Under the pieces are notes generated by a model that was not told the DNA's origin, searched no databases, and worked only from the letters and a program-made list of their open reading frames with translations. A stretch of DNA of 64,000 bases, taken from contig CM097882.1 in assembly GCA_044892505.1 (NCBI GenBank), positions 289,912,001 to 289,976,000 on the forward strand, written 5' to 3'. Every line of letters starts with the position of its first letter. The first letter of the stretch is position 1. The position numbers were made by a program, and so were the translations under genes. Shown here one piece after another: positions 23,301-36,941 of this stretch. Source of the DNA: Schmidtea nova (Eukaryota).

Positions 23301-25840
23301 TTTTTTCATTAGGTTTTAAAAATTGTGTCATTCTTTTGTCTTTGTAAAATTTTCCATTCTTTATTGCCTATTTTTAATGAACCACGTGTTTATTACCCTT
23401 TTTTCTTAAATATTTATTTAAAATTTCAGTTCAAATATTCTAGAGTCCCTTTCTTGTCTGAAGAAATTGTGGGAGTTGAAAATTTTATTTAAAAATATTT
23501 CAATGTATTTTACTTGTTTAAAAGATTTACAAGTGTTTTTTATTTACCATTAAATCTATTTTTCAGTTTAAAATTACCAGAATCGCTTTTTGCCCTAGAT
23601 AAATCTGAGATAAGAAAATACAGTATAAAATACCATACTAAAATTCGTTATAGAAAAATATCTGACCATACTTACCATTAGAAAATACTGAGACCAAAGA
23701 TTACCATTCAAAAATATCAGGACGAAAAATTCCTATTCAAAAACTCAGAGCTCCTTTTTCGCCCTAGAAAAATCTGAGAGTTGAAAATCTTATTCAAAAT
23801 ATCAGGTCTGAAATATCCTATAGAAAGAACTGAGACCAAAATTCCCTATTCAAAAATCCAAGACCGAAATTCTCAATAAAAAATACTGAGAGTCCCTTTT
23901 TGCCCGAGAAAATTCTGGGTGTAGAAAATCCAATACAAAATATTAGGACCAAAGTTCCATATAAAAAATACTGAGACCGAAAAATCGTATTCAAAAGTAC
24001 TAGACCAAAATTCTCTGTTCAAAATACTGAGACCAGAAGATCCTAATTAAAAATACCAGACCAAAAATCCCTATTCAAAAACCCAGAGTCCCTTTTGCCC
24101 GAAAAAAGTCTCAGAGAAGAAAATCCTATACAAAATATCAGGACTAAAATTCCCTTTACAAAAGATCCGAGGTCAAAACATAGTGGCCTTCTAGATCACT
24201 TTTTTAAGGGGGTTCGGGGGTTGTGAGCTAGAGGGCCACTAACTACCTACTAGTGTGGCTAGTGCATGTGTTGGTATCATAGCAAGATCTATTTATAATT
24301 TAAAATAAAAAAATTATCTTCATTTAAAATAAATAATTTAATCAATACATAAGGTAAATATACACACTGACAGGCAGAAAGTACAAACAACTTGATTAGT
24401 TGATTTAGTTCTTTGAGAATGACACATCGATAATTTAAAAATATTGTTACGAAAAATGGTAACATGAAAATATTTTGGAAAATACGCGCATGCAGCCTTC
24501 GATAACTGAACGCATGGGCTACACATAGTGTCTGAACGACTGATGGTAGAGTTCAAGAAAAAAAGAGAAAACCCGACACATACGTCGAGATAAGGATGAA
24601 ACGATAGAAAAGAGGCATCTCAGAACAGAACACACAATTTGAGTGCAGATTGGATTTACATACGAAGGACCGCACTAGAATTTAATGGGAAAGACCATTG
24701 CTTGTATATTGAATACGAAAAGCATGATCAAAGAATAAAATCGGTATTAAAATAAAAAGAACAATTTATTAAAAGTGTAGGAAAATTTTCCATTGAAATA
24801 TCGTAAACATAACACAGATATGAATGAAAATAGAATTTAAATTAAATTTTATTGTTTTTATCAATCAGTTAACGCGCGCAGAAAGTGGATACACACATTA
24901 TTTAATAGAATTAAAAATAAATATTTAGAAAATAAATAAAATGAATTATAAAATTTAATTTACAAAAAATAAATAAATAATTCATTTATTAAATAAATAA
25001 TTTAAATTTAAATTTAAATAAATATATATAAATTAAATTACTAATGTTTCAATTTAATGAATGGAATGCGTGAGCAAGGGCATCATTTAGAAATAGTATA
25101 AATAGACGCCGAAAAATTATAACTATCACTTCTTTTTAATTTCTACTTTTGGAGTCGTCTGTTTTCATTCTACCAGCAATCACCAGTTTCGATTGATTTT
25201 ATTCAGTGGAGCGAAGCAAGCATGTAGGTTTTATTTTGTAAGGATTATGATGGTAACTATTACGCGGTAATTTGCAATTTGTTAATAAACTTTTGAGTTA
25301 TAATTTTGTTTTTGTTAAATATTATCATGCTCTATCAAATGATTCCCGATTAAAATGATTTAGAAGGGGCTTTGTTGGTTCACAAGCCGCGAGTCCCCAG
25401 TTGGTTGTAAGTGCTTGGACCCAATAGTCGGTTAGAATCTTCGTACCATCGTCTTATTTAATTTTATAGGATGGCGAGGGAAAAAGGAAATTAAAGGATG
25501 ATTATTCAGATGTTTTTCGGAATAAATAGATATGAATCTGAGATAGGATAAAGAGATAGAAAGTTAGGAATTAATAATGCGAAAGGGCCGTAAATATGAT
25601 ATGTGCATAAGTCCTTCTATCGGCAGCAGGAACTCGAAAGAGATAATATAGTGAGGAGTAGTTTTGGCAGCAAAGCTCACCTGCTCACCAGATTCTCGAA
25701 ACCGTGTACATTACTGTAATGCACAAAAATGGTGGATAACAATTGTCATTTTTATAATTTTTATATTATGTTGTTAGCACCGTCATTATTATGGTCGGTG
25801 CCCTCGCTGTCACCGAGGACCCCCTTGTGGTTTACTTGCA
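20340..25840 (+). mobile_element. Unit C: 3' portion of a large LTR-retrotransposon-like element (AT-rich internal region, repeat array, PPT, LTR-like segment 24222 to about 25840)
   Basis: G-rich tract AAGGGGGTTCGGGGG (24206-24220) then TGTGAG; TATAAATA at 25097 and Inr-like TCACT at 25126; ends near TTACTTGCA after two hairpins; homology to units A and B. Confidence 0.55.
23560..24180. repeat. Degenerate array of about 30-bp repeats immediately upstream of the PPT
   Basis: Recurring CCTATTCAAAAATACTGAGACCAAAAT-like units with periodic GAGTCCCTTTTTGCCC variants. Confidence 0.8.
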
Positions 25841-26068
25841 GTAAATTTATTATTTTTATAATAATTTCAATTCAAAATTTGAATTTGGCTTGCTATAGCA
25901 AACGCTATAGTAAGCCAAATGACAAATTAAATAAATCGTTAAATTAAAAACTAAAATCAAACAGAAGAAATTTTATTCATATAATTGCTACTATTGCATA
26001 CCTCCTTGGAGATTTCAATACGTCAAATAATTTCGAAACTTGAGCATCGATTCCATTCTCTATCAAAT

Positions 26069-26715
26069 AAAATCGAACGAAAAAAAGAAATTATATCCCT
26101 ACAATAATTAATATCCTTACTAAAATTAAAGCTGAAGATTTCGGTTTCTCAAACCCTTACAGTCAATTAATTCCTTGTAATAGCTTTTTGCCTATTATAT
26201 ATCGAAAATAAAAAAGTTTATAAAGAAGATAAAACCCATTACAAAATCGAACGAAAGAAATTATATCACTACAATAATTAATATCCTAACAAAAGTTAAA
26301 GCTGAAGATTTCGATTTCTCAAACCTTTATATTCAATTAATTCCTTGTAAAAGCTTTTTGCCTATTATATATCGAAAATAAAAAAGTTTATAAAGAAGAT
26401 AAAACCCATTACAAAATCGAACGAAAGAAATTATATCACTACAATAATTAATATCCTTACAAAAGTTAAAGCTGAAGATTTCGATTTCTCAAACCTTTAT
26501 ATTCAATTAATTCCTTGTAAAAGCTTTTTGCCTATTATATATCGAAAATAAAAAAGTTTATAAAGAAGATAAAACCCATTACAAAATCGAACGAAAGAAA
26601 TTATATCCCTACAATAATTAATATCCTTACAAAAGTTAAAGCTGAAGATTTCGGTTTCTCAAACCCTTGCAGTCAATTAATTCCTTGTAATAGCTTTTTG
26701 CCAATTTAATATCGA
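26069..26715. repeat. Tandem repeat, 170-bp unit, about 3.8 copies
   Basis: ACAAAATCGAACGAAAG recurs at 26241, 26411 and 26581, with a variant at about 26069. Confidence 0.95.
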
Positions 26716-28619
26716 GACATTAAAGAAATTTCAAAGAAAGTTCTAAAAAAACGCAAGAGAAGGTTCGAAAGAATTTAATAACGAAATTTTAAAAGTAAAT
26801 ATTATCTATATTATCTAAATAAAATTTTATTAAATATTTTTATTTGATTGAATATTATTTTATTTGTACCTCCATTCAAACAAAAGCATTACACAGCATA
26901 CACCCCGAGTATCTGCACACTTATATAGCAAGACTCTCTCGGGCTCTACAACGTCTTCTAACACACACACACATATACACAATTTAACTTAACCTAGATT
27001 GTTTGAATTAAGACTATATAAAACGTTTCAAAACAATTACCAACATGGTACAAAGGAGTAACTATGGGTACAAGAGTGAATCAATTAACATTTATGATGG
27101 GATGTGGGGTTTGTAATCCCTAGAGACCAATAATAATTTAGTAACAGTCCATACCACCAACAATATAGATTTCGACGAATATATTTTCAATTTACCGAAT
27201 TACAAAAAGGTTCGAATGGTTAAAAGTAAATGAATGCTGAATGAATAAGTTTATTTGAACAAATGTTACTGCTTGGAATTTTGTGATGATTTAATAACTA
27301 ATAAAGATGTTTTTGAAGTTGTAAAATAATTCCCACTATCTTTTTATAAGAGATTAGATTAAGTGCGGAACCGAATGGGCATTATACCATCTATCGACCG
27401 CCTTTGAACTGACTCGAGACATGCAATCAATTATAGGTCCGATTCAGTCGGCGTTTACATTTTGGAAATGTCCACCCATTTGTTGCAATACCAACGTTAC
27501 GCCGGAGTGGGCAACAATATGGTTAAATAATGTTTATATGTAGGGTTGTTGAGGAATAGAGCAATAATAACAGTCAATGTGATCTGGTTTATCAGAAACC
27601 CACAAATAGTATTTTATGGCGGATGTAGACCAAAAGGTACAATAGATATCTACACAAATCATCCTAAGGACAAAATTGACATGGATTATTTTGAAACAAA
27701 ACCTGAAAATTAGGCAGATCCCTGCAAAGGATTTTCTTATAGATAAAAATCTGATGTATTTAATGTACTTTTTTCTTTGTTTGAACTCTACGATTTGTGT
27801 TTATGCTATTCTTTGGCCCTACACGACAGAAATCAAATTTTCGGTTTGCACAGAAAAGAAAAATGCTTAATAAATTTACAAATAAATTTATATTTACTAC
27901 TTTATGTATTTGTGAGTAATATTTGTTTTCTAACATTCAATTTACATAACAATTATTAGATGTAATTGATCCAAGATGGCGCATTGCATGTAATGTCAAT
28001 GTTAACAATTATTGGAACTCACACGCAGGTCACAGTTCGAAATATTGTTGATTACTAATTAAAATGTATAATTTTATTTTATTAAGTTATAATAAAATCG
28101 ATGATGCAACAAAAAATATCTTAAAAAATTATAAATGTACTAAAATTAAATTTTTCTACCGTATCCGAAAAGTTTCCATAAACACAAATGCAAGTGAAAA
28201 CATATAAGCTTATTTCAATTAAATTTTACTAGTGTTATTTTCTGTGGTCTTCCTTTTATAATCTTATATAACGTGTAGTGCCTCTACTTTATGTATATTT
28301 AGAAATTGACTAAATTTGTTAAATTTATATTATTATATACTAAATTATTATATAAAAAATAAAGAAAAAGATTTAAAAAATGTTTGTTTAAATAACAAGA
28401 AAAATGCACGTTCAAAAAAGAGTACAGAAAAGTAAAGATGGAGTTCACCAGAGATTCATATGCAATTCATCACCTAGCACCAGAACGACAGCACAACCAA
28501 TATGATGAACTGATCAAATCCAAAGCACAACTGTATCAGAATTTCGTATTTAATAAAATTTTATTGGTGTTATTTATGGCGTATTTTGTAGTTACGATAT
28601 AATGCTATTCGGATGATAT

Positions 28620-28990
28620 AGCGAATAGCAGTATTGGATCTATCAAACAGGAAAAAATAAATTCACGATGGTATTTCCGTATTCAGAGGAGTTTAAAGAT
28701 TATAAAAGGAATTGACGGTTTAAACTTTAGAATTGTCTCCAATTCGTGCAAAGTGAGTGTTATGTTTGCTAATAAGTCCAAAATTCCTGTTGGATTGTGT
28801 TCAGATCTCGTTTATCAATTTACATGTAATGGGTGTAATGCCTAATACATTGGAGAGACTGACCGTCATCTCTATACTCGATTTCTTGAATATGGTCGAC
28901 CAAAGCCCCATTCCAGAATGTTACAGGGCCCCCGGAAAGCACGCGATGGCTCTGATCATATGATTAGATTTTGAACGTTGAAAATTATTG
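28620..28990 (+). pseudogene. Old Penelope-like GIY-YIG endonuclease fragment (different family from 5505-7830)
   Basis: DLVYQFTCNGCNA*YIGETDRHLYTRFLE at about 28804-28890. Confidence 0.7.
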
Positions 28991-29246
28991 GTAAATAACA
29001 AGAACACGCTTGCTTATTTACAAATAAAGTATACAGAAAATAATTGCCTATCCCTCTGCACCCTTCGGCGGGAAATGTTATTGAATATTGCGTTGTCATC
29101 AGAAATGCTTAACTATGCAAAGTTTACAGTCAATTGAAAAATAAAATTAGGCTTAAATCCATTCATAATATTTGAAAGTAAAAAGCATACCAAGGAAAAT
29201 GGTAGCTTGAAATAAAAGGTATTTAAATAATTTGTAAATGCAAATA

Positions 29247-30955
29247 CAGTGAAACCTCGCTTAACGAGCACCTCTTATAACGAGAAATTCGCATAACGAG
29301 TAAAATAAATTGTAAAAAAACGACTCGCTTAACGAACGATTTTTCGCATAACGAGTGAAAGTCCTGGATTGTAAAAAAAATTAACGTAAACAAAAATTTA
29401 AAAACAAAAATATTTGCAGCATTCTTGTTATCATTATTTATGGATACATCAGTATGTGTTTACAATTGTTCCGCTAGCATCTTTTGCTTGTGATATAAAT
29501 TTTTACAAACCTGTGTTAATACAATGTTTTTTGTGATTTTTTTAGTATAAAGTTTATTAATTATTTGTGATTTTTATTGTAAAATTAATAAACCTTGCAA
29601 AATGTTGCCGAAAAAAAGTCGCAAGAAGACAGTCATAAGAGAATAAAAATAATCATAGAAACGAAGCATAAAATCATTGAAAATCGAGAACGGGGTGTGA
29701 GTGTAGCGGATCTTTCGCGCACATACGACCGGTCCACATCTACGATCTGTACTATCCTTAAAAACAAGGACAATATTATGGAGATAGATGCGTCAAAAGG
29801 AGTTACAAGAATATCTACGCAACGGTTGCGTGTTCTCGACGATGTTGAAAGGCTGCTTCTTATATGGATAAACGAGAAGCAATTACAAGGCGACACTATT
29901 AACGAGAACATCATTTGTGAGAAAGCAAAAATGATTTTCGACGACCTAGTAAAGAAGAAGCCAAGAATATCAACGGCCGAAGAAGAAGTATTTAAGGGAA
30001 GTCATGAGTGGTTCGAAAAATTTAAGAAAAGAACCGGCATCCACAGCGTTGTGAGGCATTGTGAAGCAGCAAGCTGCGACAAGAGGGCAGCAGAGAACTT
30101 CATCGGCGACTTCAAGAAGCTCATAGATTCTAATGGCTATCTGCCGCAAACAAATTTTTAATTGTGACGAGACGGGTCTTTTCTGGAAAAAGATATATTA
30201 CTTATATTACTGCAGAGGAGGATGCAATGCCCGGGCACAAGCCAATGAAAGACCGCCTCACGCTGCTTTTTTGTGCCAATGCAAGCGGCGATTTGAAAGT
30301 TAAATCGCTGCTTGTTTATCATTCTGAAACCCCACGAGCATTCAAAAAGTGTAAATTCCAAAAAAACAGGCTAAATGTGATGTGGAGGTCAAACAAAAAG
30401 GCGTGGGTGACAAGTAACCTTTTTACTGATTGGCTCAATAATGTGTTTGGTCCTTCTGTGAAAAAATATTTACTTCATATGAATCTGCCGTTACATTTCT
30501 TGCTTGTTATGGATAACGCAGTAGCTATGCGCGCTACAAATTTATTTAATGATAATGCTGTATTGCCTTTTCATCAAATTTTGAAGCGTCGCCAAAAACA
30601 AACGTCACTAGACAGCTTTTTAGTAAAAAAAAATTAGTTATGTATCATTACAACAAACTTATTATTTCGAATACTTTTTAATTTTTGTAAAATGAATTTG
30701 TATTACAGGTTGGTTTATTTCGCGACAGAAGGAAAGATCAAGATGATTTACCATCTTTAACAACATGATCATGTATATAATTTTCATTCAATAAATGTAT
30801 ATGTACATAAAATTTTTTGAGTATTTTTTTCGGTACGGAACGAATTATCGTATTTTTCATTAATTTATATGGGAAGCGTTGTTTCGCTTAACGAGTGTTT
30901 CGCTTTACGAGGAACATTCTGGAACGAATTATGCTCGTTATGCGAGGTTCCACTG
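29247..30955 (+). mobile_element. pogo/Tigger DNA transposon, internally deleted
   Basis: TIRs CAGTGAAACCTCGCTTAACGAGCA / TGCTCGTTATGCGAGGTTCCACTG with TA on both sides. Confidence 0.93.
29595..30637 (+). pseudogene. Tigger/CENP-B-like transposase (frameshifted; DDE domain truncated)
   Basis: HTH_psq/CENP-B HTH, FKGSHEWFEKFKKR, NCDETG across a frameshift, KDRLTLLFCANASGD, LLVMDNA. Confidence 0.92.
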
Positions 30956-31737
30956 TAGTACTATTTCTTAGTCAAGGCTGCAAGACAAATCTGCAAGACA
31001 GTGGTGGCCTAGCCCCCTACAAGAATATTATCATTCAAAGTTTAATTCAAATTTTTTATGATGGTGTCACTAGCCACTCTCCACAATCGATGATAGTAAG
31101 TTCCCTCGCTATCCAGTAATCAACAACTCTTCTGTTTTGATGAGTTAACTAAGAAAGTTATTAGCAGTATAGTGCACAATAACTTGTTGCGAATTTTCTC
31201 GCAATTGGCCATTTGCTTCTCGAATAGTTTGCATGGAATTCAGTGGTTGCACAAGTAATGCATCCGTACTTTTAGTACATAATTTTGAACTGTCTCCTAA
31301 CAAATTCCAAGCTCAATGTTTATTTTGTGAGTTGACTTTTTAACTCCAGAAGGACTAGAATTTGATCGTTAATATATCATGATTATGTCTTCCGCATAAC
31401 TCTATTCATTAACATTGAAATTGCCCGCCTTAAATTTCTTTATCAAGCGCAAGAAAGTGTGCTTATTGGTTGTAGGATCTATTTAATTGGCAATTTTTTA
31501 AGTCACGAATCAACGTATCCAGTTGTAGTAGATTAACTTGCATTTATCTCTCTGATCAAAATTCATATTGTTACAAGTGATTAGTCCAAAAGATTATGAT
31601 TAGTTAGCAAAACATCAATAGATAATAACTTTTGAATTTCTTATTTCCAACATATATCGCATAGACAGAAAAAATTTTAAGTTTATGTATTTTTTACAAG
31701 CCTATAATCACCCGACAAATTATTGGTTTATCCTGCA

Positions 31738-32331
31738 CAGTGGCGTAACAACGGCTTGGCATTGGGGCAGTTGCCAAGGGCGCCATTAAATCTTTAATAA
31801 AATTTTAATTTAAATAGATATTTCACTTTTATTCTCGATAATAAAAAGGAACCCATAAAAACAAGTTTTTAATGTAACTCTTTCTTTTTCTCATGTTCTC
31901 GGTTAATTTTATTGTTGTTACATTGTTTGGTAGTTTCTTGGGAACAGTAAATTGAAAAATCACATTGTTTCAAAATTTTTCAATTTTTCAATGGAATAAT
32001 TTGTAAGCCACCGCGAGTGTGCTCGCAAATTTTCAGATCGATTGGATATCGGGAAGTGGGTTAAAAATTGATCCAAAGTTTGACAAGAAAACAAACAGAA
32101 ATTGGAAGTTAATAGAAAGAGTTAAAAAAAAGTTAATTATTAATTATATTTACAAAATATTTCATTTAAACCAAAATCAAAAACCCAGTTACTCTGGTCA
32201 TAAAAAAAATAAAAAAAATTCAATTATTTTTTTCTAACAATTGAAAAAGTCGTAAAGCTCAAATTTGTCAATTTAACAAGGGCGCCAAAAATAAATTAGC
32301 CTAGGTCGTCAAAAACACAGTTACACCTTTG
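31738..32331. mobile_element. hAT-type MITE
   Basis: Ends CAGTGGCGTAAC / GTTACACCTTTG; near-identical 8-bp flanks ATCCTGCA and ATCCTCCA. Confidence 0.7.
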
Positions 32332-32469
32332 ATCCTCCATCTCATTGACGACTTATGTAATATACTTTCCTTTTCAGGAGAGGCATTACCCCCAAATGCC
32401 CCCATGGCGCCGGGCCCGATTCAACGCAATTGAATGTTTATTTTCTACTACACGATTCTTTTTAAAATT

Positions 32470-35400
32470 CTGCTTTTCTTTCATAATCCATCGATACAAA
32501 CAAATATTTTTTCTTTAATTAAATTGAATATCTAAATTAAATTAATTATCACATTCCCCCGTGATCAGTACGACGAATCAAACTCGTAATGATCAAGATA
32601 GGAAGGCTTCCTTCGGTTGCCAGCCCAACGCGTGCCTTCCTTACTCATTTCTGGACTTCTGATGTCAACCTGATTGTCTTCAAATTCGCATTCGACATTG
32701 CTGGATTTGATAGGTTGATTTGGCACCACTCGGATGTCTGCTACATGACGCGGTACTTCGTCAAGCTCTATGTTGGTAGGTGAATTTATGCCAGTGATGA
32801 TTCTACTGGGCCACTGAGCAGTGCATTTGGCCGGAACTGGCTTTATAACAACCTTCTGACCAGTTTTACATTTACCTGGTCTAGATATTACGCGCTTCTC
32901 CTCGACACCTCTGTGAAATTTCCATTGTTACTTAAATAGACACTATGATGGAGCTATACTCTGATTCTTCGCGTCTTTGGGTGCCATGTTATACCAATAA
33001 ACAATGTCCCGTGGGTCTGGACGACTCCTGGCTGCATAGGATTTTATTGTCCGGTGGTTTCTCTCCACGATCCCATTCCCAGATGGACGGTAGGCACACC
33101 TGTATGTCGGCTTTACCTCCCATCTACAACATAAATCTTATAAAGATTTAGAATGAAAACTAGGCCCATTGTCCATGAGTAGCTCACGAGGTGGACCTCT
33201 CTCTCGAAACACTTCTTCGAGAATTTTTACAATATTTTGTGCAACTTCATATGGTATCCTTCTCCAAATGGCAAATCTGCTAGGCCCACAATCAACGATA
33301 GTCAAGAAAATGGATCCCACGTAGTGCGTTACATATACACCTAGTCTTTCCCAATTTTTATCGACCCCTAATGATCCATTTTCCCACTTAACTGGCGATG
33401 GATCGATAGATTTTCATTCAATACAATTTCTTACCACATTCTTTATGACGTCTCGTGGGGTGTCTGGGTTTTCTAACTGAATGAAATAAATAGATTTTTC
33501 CAGACCAAAATGGTGTTTGCTGTGACGGTTCTTTATTTGTTCTGACGATAAGCCCACGCAGGCAAAAGACTCTCTAGACTTCAACCACCTCTTTGGAACG
33601 CGTGTCAGTATATCTGCTCGGTTTTCAGCTGATTTCACCAATTGTACCCAAATAAGAATTCTGTCATTTTCGATAATCTCTTTTATTATTCCCAACCGAC
33701 GTCTAATCAGAGTCTCTGAAATTCCATGAACACTAATCCTACATACATTGTTAAGAACTGTTCTCAGCCAGCCTACTACCGTCGCCGAATCCACCATCAG
33801 CTTGATTTTTTAACGCCCCATTTGATTGCTAAGTTTACGCCTTTAAGAACTGCATCGAGCTCAGCGATGTTTATATGTGAATGATCATCACTTTCCCTGA
33901 GCCAAGTTGAATCCTCCACGACGTGGCCATTTATCACTAATACGACACCCAGCGCTAAACTGCTAGCATCACACCATAAAGTACATTGATCCCTAGTGTT
34001 TACAGTCCAGGTTCCTTTGACTGGATCGTCCAGTTCAATGAGACTCATCACTTTAATCAATCTCGATTCGCACTCTGCTCAGACGAGATCATCCCAATTT
34101 GTACCATCCGCAATTCTCTTGATAACTGCAAGCCACTCTGAGCCACCCCGCGACCGGATAACGCCCAATAAGCTTTCCACAAATAGAAAATAATTTACGC
34201 CGAGTAACTTTACCTTCAATTGGGTCAACTGGATTTCCTCTTGACCATAACAGGTTACCGTGACGATTGCGTTCAATTTTTAAACCAAGAACCTTTGTAT
34301 CCACTAACAGTTCCGCTGGCTTCGTTACTAATCCATATTGAGCCAAATGTTTCACAACTTCATCGATACTGACCATACTCGTGTTACCAGCTATGTCATC
34401 AATGTAGTGATCTGTCGCGTTCAGGATTCGCGAATCGAGGCTCAGCACCTTTCTCAACACCAAGGACATTATCTTTGGAGCACAACTAAGACTAAATCAT
34501 AGTCTTGTAAGAGAATACGTCTTCTTTTTGTAGCGAATCCTTTGGAATTCCCAAAGATCTTTACTTACATGCAACTGTAGATAAGCATTTTTTAAATCAA
34601 GCATCGATAGCTGTTTTCACACCTATCTCCATCGTTTTAGACTCTCCCCACAAACATCACTATCGCCAGTGTGACTCTTCACAGATTCATTGAGTTCCCT
34701 AAAGTCAATAACGGGTCGAACTTTTCCTTTGTTTTCTTGTACTGCAGCTAGAAGAGGAAGAATTCCGCAACCGGTTTTTTCAGCGGGGATTAGCCAGCCT
34801 TCCATTATCCATCGCTCCACTTCAGCTTCATATTCTTGTCGCACTCCAGGCTTAATTGCGTATTCGGCAACGTTGTTCCGCAATATAGGGGGTTTGTCTT
34901 TCCATTTCCAGGATATTGTCCACTTGTCTCCTTCAAAACTTGCAGCGAAATCCTCGTCATCAATTTTCACTTGTTCTTGAACTAAAGCCGGCATGGATAT
35001 TCTAGTGCATTCACCAAACTGTACGCCATAATTGTCAATTGAGACTCCCCCAAGGCGTTCAATCGTATCGAAACCTAAAATAACATCCACTCCGGCTACA
35101 AGATTCGTCTTTATTAAGCAATTTAACCAAAAACTTGTTCCTCGAACACCGACTTTCGCCTTCACAGTGGACTCTTCTACCATCTACTGCAACAACAACT
35201 CTGGCTTCACCACTTCCTTCTGCACAGATACGGGAAACAATGGTTTGCGAGCATCCATAATCAACTAGTCCAGTGCACGATTTTCCATTCACTCTGAGTC
35301 TGACAAGTACTCGCGCCATCCCTGACATCACTGAGAAACCGCTGGCGCTCCAGTTTCTCTTCTGGCGTTTCCCTGTGTGTTTGAAGAGCATTGTCTCGAC

Positions 35401-35570
35401 AAATGCCCTTTGATTCCACATGTCCAACACTCTTGAGAGGGGCATTTATTTTTGAAATGTCCGGATTTTTCACATCCGTAGCAAGGTTTGACTTCTTTAC
35501 CTGGCGCAGAATCACTTCCTTTCACTGCAATTAGACCAGTGCAGCCGTTTTGTTCTGATATTAGAAGGTT
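32470..35570 (-). mobile_element. Decayed, 5'-truncated Ty3/Gypsy retrotransposon (gag knuckles, PR, RT, RH, IN, PPT, start of 3' LTR)
   Basis: Two CCHC knuckles (35328-35525), protease LVD(Y)GCSQT, RT RPVIDFRELN and YIDDI, RNase H WCDAS...NIAELDA, integrase LLMDNGPSF. GGGGAA|TGT at about 32553. Many frameshifts. Confidence 0.92.
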
Positions 35571-36869
35571 GTATTCAGGTTGTATTCAAATAGAAGGTTG
35601 TATTTAGTGTTATAAAGTGTAATTAATTTGATTTTTTGCATTTAAAGCTTTAATGGGTCCCCGGTTACGTGAAAAAAAATTACAATTAACTAAGTAAGAA
35701 GCCAATCTAATTTCTATCGTTATTCTTAAAAACTCATTATTTATATACTTTTTATACCAGACGATCCAGCAGCTTTGTTCATCGCCTTGAATTTTGAAAA
35801 CAGTTCAGTTTTTAAGGTTCTACTTTTTATGTGAGTTTTATAGATGGACTTGATGTAGACCTTGGTACATTATGTTAAAATTCACTCTTGCAGGAATTAC
35901 AGCTTGAGTACTTAATAGAATGGATTTGGCGTTTTTAAGTCGAATTGTTTTTCTATTAAAATTGAATAATAAAACCAGGAGCAAGAAAGCCCTTTAGTCA
36001 AATGGTGTCTGAAAATTAAATTAAAAAATCGTAGCAATTATACAAAGATGCAAAATGCATCCATTCCCTGTTAAAATTTCTGAAGGTGCTATTATGCATT
36101 AAGGGTGGTTAACCAAAAATGTTATGAATTCTGAAGAATCGAAAAGTGATTTCTCTTAGTAAATAATATTGTTTAAAACTTTGTCCGAGTGCGACTTCAT
36201 AATAGTTTATACTTTTGAAAATATTAAGATAAAATTACCCTCAAAACGCATAGACAAATTTATGAAAATGTTTTTTTTCTCTCAAATTAACTCAGTGGAT
36301 GAAGGTTCTAGATATAAAATAATAAATATTTTTTATTGTTAATGTAATTTTATGGTCTATTTATTTATTTATCAATTTAATTTATTTAGCTTATAAATAA
36401 CAAAAATTCCAATTATGTAATAAATTAATAATTATGTCATTTTTTCGAAAGTTGATAAAAATTTTAATTTTATTAATTGCAGTTACGAAAATGAATCGCT
36501 ACCGAATAGCCATTTCAATGGTTATATGCAAATAAGCGTAACAGAGTGGCTAAAAAATCTTAATTTAATATAATTAAAAACAGAGAACAGAATTGAAAAC
36601 TTAAATTACAACAGCATATCAATGCTTAATTAGTAGTATTCAAGCACTTTATTTATCCTTATAGACCGCTGGTACATTAAGAGTGACATAAATAAAAGTT
36701 CACACTGAGATAAATCAATTAATTTAAGATAGATTAAAAAATATCTACAATACTGCCGTGTTCAAATGCTAACTATTCATTCAGTCTAACCTTAAAAATA
36801 GTCCAAAGGACCAATAAAATTCGTCTGTCATTAAGAATCAATAAAAGACTAGATCAATATTTTGTTTAA

Positions 36870-36941
36870 CCCTTTCGCGGACGCATGTCCCAACAGAACG
36901 CAGTAGTATGACGTGTATACATGTCATTGTCCGCGAAAGGG
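36870..36941. mobile_element. 72-bp piggyBac-type MITE
   Basis: TTAA-CCCTTTCGCGGAC ... GTCCGCGAAAGGG-TTAA: perfect 13-bp TIR and TTAA target duplication. Confidence 0.85.

Noticed and set aside
26069-26715. Possible CRISPR array or tandem RNA genes
   Set aside because: Whole units are repeated with no spacers, and there are no tRNA, 5S or snRNA motifs.
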